A stretch of 25,040 nt of DNA from Candidatus Omnitrophota bacterium (GTDB lineage Bacteria > Omnitrophota > Omnitrophia > Omnitrophales > Aquincolibacteriaceae): contig JAZDJU010000011.1 in NCBI GenBank assembly GCA_043803685.1, positions 1-25,040 on the forward strand. Reading direction: 5' to 3'. The position numbers and the translations under genes are program-made. Below are positions 1-9,379 of this stretch, piece after piece. How positions within the stretch are numbered: the stretch's first letter is position 1; each line of letters starts with the position of its first letter. The notes under the pieces are model-generated. The model searched no databases and was not told the DNA's origin. It saw only the letters and a list, made by a program, of their open reading frames with translations.

Positions 1-750
1 CGACCTATATTCCATTGTCCCATTGGTAACATATAAAGTTACCAGCTTGCCCTGCTCCTTTTTCTTGTCCTCATGCACAAACAATTCGATGCTTAGATTT
101 AACGAATCACAATTGATCCGATTAATTTCTACGGGCGCGAGTTTCCCACGAGAAAATCTACTTAAATCATTACCATCAAATACTGCGTCTATTGAAATCT
201 CCGATCTGCGCCACCATTCTCTAGCCCTCCCACCGATTTCAACAGGCAGCGGGGCATAGCGACCTCCTTTCAAGTTCACGCAGAGTTTAAAATCTTTTGC
301 TTTTTCGACAAAGAACGTAATACCCATGCTGCTTGGCTTAAAAACATTCGCTAACGACAAGTCTAAATCTTCCGTATTCTCACCATCTGAGACAGCTTCA
401 CTTTCGGATTTAAGCTCTTCGAGAGTCTCATCCAGCTCAGCGGTTTCGCCCACCTCCTCCCCCGTTCTCGGCTGTGCAAAAGGCGGCGGATTCGCGGGGG
501 CATCACTATTTTCATCATGGTTTAAACCCCTAGGATATAGAACTCCTATGCCATACCTCCTAGTCGGCGCATCCACCTGTAATATCTCATCGCCAGAGCC
601 CGCTTGTTTGCGTGGTTTATATGCCTCCTTAGCTTCATCGAACTTAAGAGGCTCACCGCAATTGAGCTCCTCCCCTAAGGGGCAGGGGCCGACTAATTCT
701 TTTTTTATAAATTCAATAACGCTTTTTCTATCAACGATGGGATCAATCAT
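1..750 (-). CDS. drmA: 5' part of a DISARM DrmA-like helicase; runs off the left edge of the window
   Basis: Not in the ORF track. Manual translation from ATG 750 (ATGA overlap with the stop at 747-749): MIDPIVDRKSVIEFIKKELVGP...DAPTRRYGIGVLYP...acidic stretch...LANVFKPSSMGITF..., open to position 1. ELVGP / PxxRYxxGxLxP / PSSMGxxF are motifs I recognise from DrmA-type N-termini. The helicase motifs lie outside the window. Confidence 0.65.
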   Translation of the reverse strand, partial: MIDPIVDRKSVIEFIKKELVGPCPLGEELNCGEPLKFDEAKEAYKPRKQAGSGDEILQVDAPTRRYGIGVLYPRGLNHDENSDAPANPPPFAQPRTGEEVGETAELDETLEELKSESEAVSDGENTEDLDLSLANVFKPSSMGITFFVEKAKDFKLCVNLKGGRYAPLPVEIGGRAREWWRRSEISIDAVFDGNDLSRFSRGKLAPVEINRINCDSLNLSIELFVHEDKKKEQGKLVTLYVTNGTMEYRS

Positions 751-2458
751 TTAATGCCTACCATTCTTGTAATTATCGCACCCTGCTCTTCTGCGCCAAC
801 CAGTACAGATAGTCGATTTAATGCTCGGCTCATGCCCACATAACATCGTGACAAGGTTGTATCTGAACTAAAATCGGATAAATCGGTCAGGATTACAACT
901 GATCGCTCCAACCCTTTAAATGCATGAATGGAGGTATAAGCAAGAAAGCCGTTTTGGTCAAACGAAAACTGCTTTAAAACGTTACTCCACTTTTCTTTCT
1001 GGGCCAACCGATGAGCGCAACTTTCCGGCTCACTCTTTCCAGATAAAATGATTATATCTCTAAGTTCAAAACCATCTTTTCTGTATTTTTCTATGAGCGC
1101 CTCTAGCTTCACTAGCTGATCATTTTCGCTAGAATAATAAATAAGCTGTGGCTCTATGCCATCGTCAGATCTCAAAACCCTCTTATAATTGGGGCTCATC
1201 CCACCCAAATATCTTGCCATGCTTGCTATCCTTGGCGTGTTCCTGCAATTTATTCTCATTTCATACATTGCAACTCCAGCCAGACGCCCGCCCATCAGTG
1301 TTTTAAGGCTCAATGATGACTCATAAAGCATTTGCTTTTCAAAATCTCCAAAAAACTTCCAGCTGCCTGATTGCAGCCCACCCTTAAGCGACTGGCTTAT
1401 AAAGTCTAGGTAAGGTTCTGCTGTTAAGTCTTGAAATTCGTCTATGATGATTTCGTCATAAACGTGCACACTACCAATTTCGCTCTTTGCTAGTTGCGGC
1501 AAGCGCTGCTCCCAGAAACTACTATCATTTTTTTCCCCTTCGCTCAACGACCGACCAATAACTGAAAGCATATGTCCATGCAGCGTTGCAACCGTAACAT
1601 CCAGAGCGCTTCCCTTGAGCTGAGCTTTGAGCCATTGCCCCAAGAGCCGATTGAAGCAAAGCAACAATATTTTTTTCCCCCGAGGCATGCTCTTCGGACA
1701 GCTTCGATCGCCAGCAATGTTTTCCCCGTGCCTGCCGGCCCTGTAAAAAGAACCCTTTGATTGCTTTCCATTGCGTCCAGAATATTAAACTGCTCTTCTG
1801 TATAATTTTTAATTTCTCGCCCACTCTTCTCCTTAATATTCAGCGGGCTTTCAAAATACTCGAAATTCGGTCTTATTAGCTGCAACATCCCCTCCAGTTT
1901 ATCCTTGGTAAAATACTCAGGACTAAACTTAATGCCTTTTTGCTGAAAGTGACGCAAAGCATTCTTCATTACCTCAAAAAGCAATTCGCTGATAGGCGTC
2001 ACACTCAAAGCCTTTTTGTCGATTACTTGCCATTCGTGCCATTCTGGCGACTTAACATTGAAATCAACGTATGGAAAAATAACAGCGTACCAAAAGGGGA
2101 CTTTGATAAATTTGTTTTCTTTCTCTTGAACATATTGACGCAAGCTATGCATTCCTTCAGAAGCCTGTCGAAATGGCCCCCGCCGATCCGGGCTAAAATC
2201 CGTGCCATACATCCACACACCATCTTTAAACATTAAGTGCGAGCATCCCTTAACTTCGATGCAAAGAATACCGTAGCCCGGAACCAAGACGACGAAATCA
2301 AGCTCCCCCGTGATTCGCGTCTGGTGATCCACAACATCGAGCGAGTGCAACGCAATCCAATCATCAGTGTTTTTGTCTGCCATCAGCATGTCAAAAACAC
2401 GCTTTTCTCCCGAGCTTTTAAAATTAACCCCAATCTGGGGTGGGATCATGCGCGCCAT
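747..2458 (-). pseudogene. NERD-domain nuclease / SF1 (UvrD-like) helicase split by a -1 frameshift at about 1670-1681 (pseudogene, programmed frameshift or sequencing error)
   Basis: ORF 1544..2458 has the NERD motif (GELDFVVLVPGYGILCIEVKG) and Walker A GPAGTGKT. ORF 747..1688 continues with ILLLCFN, DEFQD (Walker B), FGDFEKQ, NCRNT, SIHAFKGLE and YVGMSRA. The frames join across GGGGGAAAAAAA. Confidence 0.85.
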
Positions 2459-4053
2459 GGCAAATCAGCCCTCTTTTTTAACTGATTAATCTCAGCAGAT
2501 GACACCTTATATTTCTCACAGGAAATAGCTCTTACTTTAAATGCAGTCAACGCGCCCGCTTCAATGCCTGGCAAATCAATACACACCTCATTATTAACTT
2601 CAAAATCATCTACGCTCATTTGCTTCGCTTGTTTTATTAACTGCCTACGAATATAAAAACCCGCTTTCATATGAGCTTTATTAATCAGTCGCGCAGCATC
2701 AAAATACTTAGCAGCATCATTCTCTAAACCAAGGCATTTAAGTATGGCCATAAAATCCTGGTCATTCCGCGGCCTTATCGAGCTGTCAGACATCCAGTTT
2801 CTAACATTATATTCTTCTGCTATTTTCGACCCAGCGTCCAAAAGATCGAGGCTAACTTTGAGCGTGCTCGATCTTGAAACCTTTTCTTGCAAAAGGCGCT
2901 TCCAGTTTTTTTGAAGCTCATTCGCTGACGCGGCTCTTAAGCCAAGCAGTTTATCGGCGACTTGCGTTATATAATCACCGCTACCTTTCGTTCGCAACAA
3001 AACAAACATTTCTCTTTCGATTTTGCTGGTTTGAATTCGCTTCACAAATAATTCGGCTTCTTCGCCCGATGAATGATGCTCAGCCAAGATCTTGTTCTTC
3101 TCAGAAAAATCTATCGCTAATAGTTTCGATTCAGGATCCGCGTCAACAAACACCATATTTCCATTTTCCAGCAAACAGAGGTAGCATTCGCAAGTCGCCT
3201 GAGCTGTTATGGCAGATTCTGTAACGTGAAATTCTTTAGACAGCTCGCCCCAATTGATGACCGGGACTATCTTGTCCGCATCACACGCTATATCCGTTTC
3301 TAATTGTAGCGGCTCACATATCTGAAGCTCACTAAGCAGTGATTGAACCATAAACGGCTGCCCCGCTCCTTTTTGGAGGTCGGAAAAAAAACAAAACTTT
3401 GCCTCATCATCGCTTAGCCAATCCAGGCAAAGCACTTTTATTCTACTAGCACGGGGTGAGTTAAAAATGTGTGCTGGATACCACTTTCCAGCGCCCACGA
3501 GAATGAGTTCATCAACCGCCTCATAATCCTCCAAAAAATGTATCGCTCCAACATTAACATTAGTTTCAGGCATATTGTCTTTTACATGGTTCCGTAACGG
3601 CGCCAAGAACTCGGAATCCTTGATCAAAAGAAGGGCTTTCCCGTTAATGTTTTTTATTACAGACAAAACCTCGAGTATAGGGCTCACCCCTTCAGATAGT
3701 AGTTGATCGAATTCATTTATTAGCTTGCTAAGATGTGAAAACAGGGTTGGATACACCTCTTGGCAGCTCGCCAGTTGAAACTTTATTCGCTCATATAGCG
3801 GATAATTCAAAAGCGCCGGGTGCGCAAAGGGCAGGAGGGTCAAAGCAAAGTCATACCGATAGCATCTAAAGAATCTCAGAAATGATTTCCAGTATTCATC
3901 ATCTGAATCGCCTAACGCTTTTTCGATGAATTGGAAGTGACACAACACCGACTTGAATATGTCCAACCGAATATAGTAACGAGTTATATCCAATCGACCG
4001 CAATTCTCATAGATTCTATTTAGATTCAATATTGAGTATTTATCCATAATCAC
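2446..4053 (-). CDS. Hypothetical protein, possibly DrmE-like (DISARM-associated)
   Basis: 535-aa ORF overlapping both neighbours. The C-terminal WKRLLQE...VRNWM...IRPRNDQDF..IL segment resembles DrmE-family C-termini as I recall them; the gene lies upstream of the drmA-like gene. Confidence 0.5.
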   Translation of the reverse strand: MIMDKYSILNLNRIYENCGRLDITRYYIRLDIFKSVLCHFQFIEKALGDSDDEYWKSFLRFFRCYRYDFALTLLPFAHPALLNYPLYERIKFQLASCQEVYPTLFSHLSKLINEFDQLLSEGVSPILEVLSVIKNINGKALLLIKDSEFLAPLRNHVKDNMPETNVNVGAIHFLEDYEAVDELILVGAGKWYPAHIFNSPRASRIKVLCLDWLSDDEAKFCFFSDLQKGAGQPFMVQSLLSELQICEPLQLETDIACDADKIVPVINWGELSKEFHVTESAITAQATCECYLCLLENGNMVFVDADPESKLLAIDFSEKNKILAEHHSSGEEAELFVKRIQTSKIEREMFVLLRTKGSGDYITQVADKLLGLRAASANELQKNWKRLLQEKVSRSSTLKVSLDLLDAGSKIAEEYNVRNWMSDSSIRPRNDQDFMAILKCLGLENDAAKYFDAARLINKAHMKAGFYIRRQLIKQAKQMSVDDFEVNNEVCIDLPGIEAGALTAFKVRAISCEKYKVSSAEINQLKKRADLPWRA

Positions 4054-5030
4054 TCGTAATAAACAATGGTTTCAATGCCATGCGGCGGGATAGGCACCTG
4101 CAAACCATTTTCACCTTTGCGGTTTAAGATATAATCGTTTTTAACCGCATCGACAGCTTCGAGAAATAACCTTTCCGAACGATCTAGTAGCAGAAAAATA
4201 TGTGCCCCCCTCCTGAAATCAAGCCACTTGAGAAACCCTGCCGCCCCGTCAAATATAGTAACCTCCGGGCTCCTCGCTTTCACATCTTCCTGAAGATCGT
4301 TACTGTTAACACCTATTAACTCGGTAAGGAATCCATAGCCGTCATTTAAAGAGCCTTTCACTCGCACAATGTCCTTCAATTTACCAAGCTGACTTCTCCC
4401 CTCGTCTGAACCCAAGACCACTTCCGTCTTTTCCATTTCATCCTTATACATATTCAGATAGCCAAACATTTCACAAATCGCAGCATTGCTCATAAGAGAA
4501 TGTTTAAACTCATTCTCCCCAAAGGCCATCGCGAGGAACTCATCGTTTATTTGGACCTGTCTTCCTCGAAGCGTCATGGGAATGATCTCAAGTCTCTCAT
4601 TCGTAATCGTGACATCGTGGGCCCTGCTTTTATTGAAAAAAACACAATACTTGTCCTTCAATCTCAACATCACTTTAACCTGCCTCTCCCCAGACAGTTC
4701 GCAAACGCCGCAAATAATCGCTCTGTCGTATCGGTTTCCTTCCCAAATGGCTGTAACCTGGGTTCTTGGCGCCGCAGCACAAAGAGTTTCGAAATGCTCG
4801 GAGCTTCGTTCGCAAAGAGGAATCCTACGGCTTCGGCTCGTCAGATAGCCCGCATTCAAAAAAAAGCCTGCTAGATCGCGAGAAGGCGCTGTCATAACTA
4901 CTCTATATTTCTTTCCACTACTCTCATTGCCTAGCTGCCAACCCACATCAAAAAAATACTTAAGCCATTCAGGGAAAATTACATTTTGATCAGCTATGAG
5001 GAGAGTGAGAAAGGAGGGTTTGGAACTCAT
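4050..5030 (-). CDS. Hypothetical protein, first gene of the DISARM-like operon
   Basis: 326-aa ORF with a GTGA stop/start overlap with the next gene. No clear catalytic motif. Confidence 0.7.
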   Translation of the reverse strand: MSSKPSFLTLLIADQNVIFPEWLKYFFDVGWQLGNESSGKKYRVVMTAPSRDLAGFFLNAGYLTSRSRRIPLCERSSEHFETLCAAAPRTQVTAIWEGNRYDRAIICGVCELSGERQVKVMLRLKDKYCVFFNKSRAHDVTITNERLEIIPMTLRGRQVQINDEFLAMAFGENEFKHSLMSNAAICEMFGYLNMYKDEMEKTEVVLGSDEGRSQLGKLKDIVRVKGSLNDGYGFLTELIGVNSNDLQEDVKARSPEVTIFDGAAGFLKWLDFRRGAHIFLLLDRSERLFLEAVDAVKNDYILNRKGENGLQVPIPPHGIETIVYYE

Positions 5031-5170
5031 GTTTCAGTCTTCTTCGAAGAGGCTTTGGGGTAATCGTTAAATCGTTCTATGGCGAGTTGCTTTTCGTTCA
5101 CGCAGATCTTTCTCCGTAAGATTGCGGTCTACTCAAGAATCGAGCATTCCGTGTCGGCAAAAGTAATTAA

Positions 5171-5199
5171 AGTATACAGCAGACAGACAGGCCTAACAA
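5171..5199 (-). promoter_or_regulatory. Putative sigma70 promoter for the DISARM-like operon
   Basis: Minus strand TTGTTA-17 bp-TATACT, about 140 bp upstream of ATG 5030. Confidence 0.45.
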
Positions 5200-5330
5200 A
5201 GGTATTTGCCCTACTGCTCAGCTAAAGACTATGACATAACGCGACAGCGTCGTGACGCGGAGGAAAGATTTAAATATCGAGTAGCTCAGCGCAGTGGCGG
5301 AGTTCTTCTTTGGTGACATGGGTGTATATC

Positions 5331-6635
5331 CGCGTTGACTCAAGATAGAAGGTAACTTTAGGTTTGAATCGTTGCCTCAAGATGAGGGTAACCGTGCGAG
5401 ATGGTGAATTCTAGCGATTTTCTCATCGATAGTCCTTTTGAGTTTAAAGGGGTTGAGGTTCTTTGCCATCGTTCTGAGTGCGGCCTTGTTTGATTCCGAG
5501 ACGAACTCTGAGTTTAAAGTTCTGCGGTAAGGCGTGAGCGGCTTATCGTGTCGTTTGACGATCTTGGAACCGACTCGTTTCTTCTCAACCAGTTTTGTGG
5601 AAGGCAGAAAGAAGTTGAGAAAGAGGCGCCATTCGTTGCGGTAGAGATCGTTGAGGGCTGGGACGATCTTGGGATTTTCGAAACGACCATAGGCAAGCCA
5701 CTGCCGGATCTGGGTCCAGTTTTTTTGTTCGACGTGGGCGTTGTCATTCTTTTTGTAAGGCCGGGAGCGAGTGAATTGGACCGGACGCTTACGGTTTTGG
5801 AAGTGGCGAACGAGATGCCAGTTGAGGAACTCGGAGCCATTATCGCAATCGAATCCGAGGATGGGGAAAGGGAGACAGGATTCGATGTCCTGGAGTTGTT
5901 TTAGGATATCTCCTTCGCCTTTGCCCCATACGGCGCGTTGTTCGGTCCATCCTGTGGCGATATCGGTGGTATCGAGGGTATAGACGAAGGTTCCAAGCAG
6001 AGAAGTGCCGCAATGGGCTACGGTGTCGGCTTCGAGGAAGCCCGGCTTTGACTCATCCCATTGGTTGGTTTTAATGGGGATGTGATGTTTAAGGAGAAGC
6101 CCCGGCTTGGTGGCGGAGCGTCCGGTGCCGGTATGAAGGATGCGGAAGGGTTTGAGGATCCGGTCGATGGTGGCAGGCGAGATGGATTCTAGGAGATCGA
6201 GGATTTTAGGTGAAAGGAATCCGAACTCGGACTGGTAGGGGGAGATCCATTCTGGGAGAATTGCCTTGAGGCGTTTGGAGCAGGGAAGGTGAGCAAAGAG
6301 CCAGATTTGCTGAAGGGGTTTGAGGAGTTCGGGCTTGGCGTATTTTGATCCGGGGCCTGGTTTTCGTGTTGTTGCGGGTCTTCGTCTGAGTTTATAGGCG
6401 AGAAGTTTGCGAATGGCGTACTTGCGGTTGTAGCCAAAATTGACGCAGAACTCGTCGAGGATCCTGGAGCGTTCTTTGCGGCGGGATTTTTGATAGCGTG
6501 GGGCAAGGGTCTTTAGAAACTCTTTTTTGGCCGTTGGACTCATTGGGGATACCCTCCTTTGTAGGGTTACCTTTATCTTGAGTCAACGATTCGATATTTG
6601 CCTTCGTAGAGTTACCTTTATCATGAGTCAATGCG
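5331..6635 (-). mobile_element. Insertion sequence, 1305 bp, with two repeat copies at each end and a 4-bp TATC target duplication
   Basis: Left end CGCGTTGACTCAAGATAGAAGGTAAC (5331-5356). Right end 6611-6635 reverse-complements to CGCATTGACTCATGATAAAGGTAAC. Inner copies at 5366-5392 and 6566-6592. TATC at 5327-5330 and 6636-6639. Confidence 0.9.
5377..6543 (-). CDS. DDE transposase (rve/integrase catalytic core)
   Basis: 388 aa. PGFLEADTVAHCG, DIATGWTE, DCDNGSEF and SRPYKKNDNAHVEQKN supply a D-D-E triad. AAGGAG RBS upstream. Confidence 0.92.
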   Translation of the reverse strand: MSPTAKKEFLKTLAPRYQKSRRKERSRILDEFCVNFGYNRKYAIRKLLAYKLRRRPATTRKPGPGSKYAKPELLKPLQQIWLFAHLPCSKRLKAILPEWISPYQSEFGFLSPKILDLLESISPATIDRILKPFRILHTGTGRSATKPGLLLKHHIPIKTNQWDESKPGFLEADTVAHCGTSLLGTFVYTLDTTDIATGWTEQRAVWGKGEGDILKQLQDIESCLPFPILGFDCDNGSEFLNWHLVRHFQNRKRPVQFTRSRPYKKNDNAHVEQKNWTQIRQWLAYGRFENPKIVPALNDLYRNEWRLFLNFFLPSTKLVEKKRVGSKIVKRHDKPLTPYRRTLNSEFVSESNKAALRTMAKNLNPFKLKRTIDEKIARIHHLARLPSS

Positions 6636-6687
6636 TATCTGGGTGGTGGTGATGGAGCTTGGCTAAGGAATTCCTGAGCTCTCCCCC

Positions 6688-6715
6688 ATGCCGCTTTCCG
6701 ACGATAAGGCGACAT
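6688..6715. repeat. dif-like 28-bp site S1
   Basis: ATGCCGCTTTC-CGACGA-TAAGGCGACAT; arms match 8/11 as an inverted repeat. Confidence 0.65.
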
Positions 6716-6819
6716 TAAATCGCCTCCAAACGGAGAGAGCAGCACGGATGAGATTTGCCTGCCGCCACGTATCGTCTAACCGACTTAAGGCGTTAAATTG
6801 CTAATGGAGAGATTTCTTT

Positions 6820-7776
6820 TTATCTCGAGAGACTTTGAGGGATTTCAACCAGCATGGACTTATCGATCTCTGCACTATCAACCCTCTGGTTATACATCTC
6901 CAACAACCGTTTAAATTCATCAGCCACTTTATCCTTCGAGAATTTCGACAACTCGTCTATATTCTGAGCGATAAAAGACTCTATAGCTTCTACTGCAACC
7001 CTACCCGGAGCCGCCACCTCGGCATTTTGCTTCGCACCTTCCAACAGCCTATCAGGAACGAGGAGATAGACACGCTGCCCATCCAAGATATTCCTCGTAC
7101 ATTTTTCATATACTGCGGGCATTGGTGCTACAGTTACATGGAAAGCAGTATTTCCTATTAAAAAATCTCCCGGCCTGTTCAACTGCTGATCCGCAGTACT
7201 ATACGATTCGTTACTTACCGACACATCAGGAAACCTCAGCTGCAGCTTTGCTCCAATAAGATATTGCGCCACGGGGCCTTCTTTTCCCGTTTCACGTGCA
7301 ACTGCAAGCAATTCAAGAATCGATTGTCGAGTTGTCTTTGTGAAATCATAGTTCATTTTTAATCGCTGCTGATTATGGAATTCACGCACTTTTTCAACTA
7401 GAACTTTTTGAAATCGCTCCAAAGCTCTAACTTTTTCTGCCGGAGCGAGAGCTTCTAATTTTTCAAGTTTTATAGCAGAGAGCATCTTTTCTATATCACC
7501 GCGCAAGCCTCTGTTTGTCCGGCCTCCTTCGCTTACAAAAGGTCTTGTTTCTCCAAACTTCTGGAGGATTTTTCTGACGGCGTCTCCCCCCGCGCCGCGT
7601 ACCTGTGACCCACCTTTTGCAGTATGCGAATCTATGTTTAAATCAAATCTTTCTTTAAGCTGTTCGATCACGCATAAAGCTCCACTAAGAGTACCCTTGG
7701 CGGGGAATCCACCATAGAGTTTTAGAGCAGAATGCCATTGTTCAAAAGGGCTTAATGCCTTATTTGCCATTATCAT
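6820..7776 (-). CDS. DUF4928-like protein, putative restriction endonuclease partner of the methyltransferase
   Basis: 318 aa. EGGRTNRG, QYLIGAKL, TADQQ..RPGDFLIGNTAFHVTVAP recognised as DUF4928-like. Overlaps the end of the MTase gene. Confidence 0.6.
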   Translation of the reverse strand: MIMANKALSPFEQWHSALKLYGGFPAKGTLSGALCVIEQLKERFDLNIDSHTAKGGSQVRGAGGDAVRKILQKFGETRPFVSEGGRTNRGLRGDIEKMLSAIKLEKLEALAPAEKVRALERFQKVLVEKVREFHNQQRLKMNYDFTKTTRQSILELLAVARETGKEGPVAQYLIGAKLQLRFPDVSVSNESYSTADQQLNRPGDFLIGNTAFHVTVAPMPAVYEKCTRNILDGQRVYLLVPDRLLEGAKQNAEVAAPGRVAVEAIESFIAQNIDELSKFSKDKVADEFKRLLEMYNQRVDSAEIDKSMLVEIPQSLSR

Positions 7777-9370
7777 TACCCCATGACTTTAAAGGGGTGC
7801 TTCTAATCAGGTTGCTCACTAGTGGATTCAGATAGTATTTTGCGATCCATTCCACAACCGAGACACAAACAGCATCACCGAAGCCGAATAAAGCCTTGTT
7901 CGCAGAAACGTTAATTTTATAATTATCTGCCCCCATAAGCCGTGCTGCTTCTCGCGGAGTAATTAATCTCGCAAAATACTTTCCTTTTCCGGCTTTAAAT
8001 AATATTTGCCTTGCGCTGCCCCCTTTCGGGGTCCGCAAGCATCCCGCAATTCCATCGACTCTTAATTCAGCAGTAGATACTCCATGCCGCGTTCTTCTGA
8101 ATATAGTTCCATAACGCCACCCTTTCCCACGAATCATCTCATCAGCGATTTCACGGTGTTTCTTACTCATTTGGCTTAACAAGTATCGCGCTCGTTCTTT
8201 GTTCCACCAACTTTTATCGGCACGTGGAATGTCCTCCAGGACATGTTTTAAATCAAAATGGTCGTTAGGAGGAATTGGCAAAGGCTGCAAATGCCATCTG
8301 ATCTCAGGATGCCCCCCCACAAATTCCATAAGGCTCTCGGGTCTCAATTTGTTCACCGCAATGCTTGTCGAGCTCACCGTCTTACCGCACATCATTTCTT
8401 CTTGAATCCCAACGACAAACAACCTAGGTCTGCTTTGGGGGACAAAATTAATCGCATCCATAATAAAAGCGTCAACAGAATAGCCCAGTCGGTTCAAAGC
8501 CAATAAGGCTTGCTTAAAGTCCCCGCCATTACTCGACGTAAGGAAAGCAGGGACATTTTCGAGCATTATAATCGGCGGTCGTCGGCACCCCATCTCGTCA
8601 AGCACCCTAACAAAGCCCCAAAATGCCGACGATTGTTTGCCCTGTAGTCCTTCTCTCGCACCAGCAAGCGATAGGTCAGTGCAAGGGAAAGAAGCCGTGG
8701 CTAAAGTAACGGTTGGTATTTCGTTAACGGAAATCTTATGGATGTCTCCTAGAGCGAAGTGTTTCTCGACGCTCTCAAAGTTATCTTTGTACATTTCATA
8801 TTTCTGGACATCAATATCATTCGCAAAGGCGCAAGACCAACCGGCGTTTTCAAGGCCCATCCTCATTAGACCGATCCCGGCAAAGAATTCTGCTACGGTT
8901 CTTTGCGGTAAGCTCGAATACGAACGGGTATTAATGCGGTTTTCTAAAGCTAGTCTTATTACATTGAGACAGCAAATCATGTTCTGATTAATTTCACTTT
9001 CCCAAAAACGCAATACAGTCCAACCCTCAGATATTAATAAAGAGGTAAAGTTAAAATCTCTCTCCATATTGCGACGAATTTTTGAAAGCCAGTATTCTCT
9101 TGTTTTGGTGGTTTTGAACTGCTCCTCTAAAGATAAAAGGTCTCTTTCTTGCCATTGTCCACCATGCCAGAAATCCCCGTCAATAAAGATAGCAAGCTTC
9201 TCACTCGGGATTACGATATCAGGCTTTCCGGGAAGATTTGAACAGTTGGTCTTAAAGCGAAGGCCGGTGGACTTGAGAGACTTTTGAAATAGGCTTTCTG
9301 GAAGAGTACCGGATGAATGAACTCGCCGCATTCTTTCTGAAACAATGTTGAGAGCGTCATTTATTAACAT
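7760..9370 (-). CDS. dcm: Fusion of Vsr (very-short-patch repair endonuclease) and DNA (cytosine-5) methyltransferase
   Basis: N-terminal ~140 aa: LPGKPDIV, IFIDGDFWHG, YWLSKIRRNMERD, GWTVLRFWESEI (Vsr). C-terminal: FFAGIG (motif I), SFPC (IV), ENV (VI), QSRPR (VIII), RLITPREAARLMG (IX), FGDAV (X). One continuous frame. Confidence 0.92.
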   Translation of the reverse strand: MLINDALNIVSERMRRVHSSGTLPESLFQKSLKSTGLRFKTNCSNLPGKPDIVIPSEKLAIFIDGDFWHGGQWQERDLLSLEEQFKTTKTREYWLSKIRRNMERDFNFTSLLISEGWTVLRFWESEINQNMICCLNVIRLALENRINTRSYSSLPQRTVAEFFAGIGLMRMGLENAGWSCAFANDIDVQKYEMYKDNFESVEKHFALGDIHKISVNEIPTVTLATASFPCTDLSLAGAREGLQGKQSSAFWGFVRVLDEMGCRRPPIIMLENVPAFLTSSNGGDFKQALLALNRLGYSVDAFIMDAINFVPQSRPRLFVVGIQEEMMCGKTVSSTSIAVNKLRPESLMEFVGGHPEIRWHLQPLPIPPNDHFDLKHVLEDIPRADKSWWNKERARYLLSQMSKKHREIADEMIRGKGWRYGTIFRRTRHGVSTAELRVDGIAGCLRTPKGGSARQILFKAGKGKYFARLITPREAARLMGADNYKINVSANKALFGFGDAVCVSVVEWIAKYYLNPLVSNLIRSTPLKSWGNDNGK

Positions 9371-9379
9371 ATGGTGTTT

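Larger units (their letters stand above)
5270..6687 (-). pseudogene. C-terminal remnant of a tyrosine recombinase (XerC/D-like), interrupted by the IS (pieces 5270-5330 and 6636-6687)
   Basis: Removing the IS and one TATC copy gives AQEFLSQA/(1-nt frameshift)SITTTQIYTHVTKEELRHCAELLDI*, matching the QELLGHASIxTTQIYTHV box II motif with the catalytic Tyr. GH is degraded to SQ. Confidence 0.8.

Noticed and set aside
23..754. Plus-strand ORFs 23..259 and 326..754
   Set aside because: Antisense shadows of the minus-strand DrmA-like frame; Ser-rich, no motifs.
5231..5258. ATGACATAACG-CGACAG-CGTCGTGACGC as a sixth dif-like site
   Set aside because: The core is similar but the arms match the consensus and each other poorly.
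6392..6745. 117-aa ORF with an internal LTxDKGN repeat
   Set aside because: It crosses the IS end; the repeat is just translation of the doubled terminal repeats.
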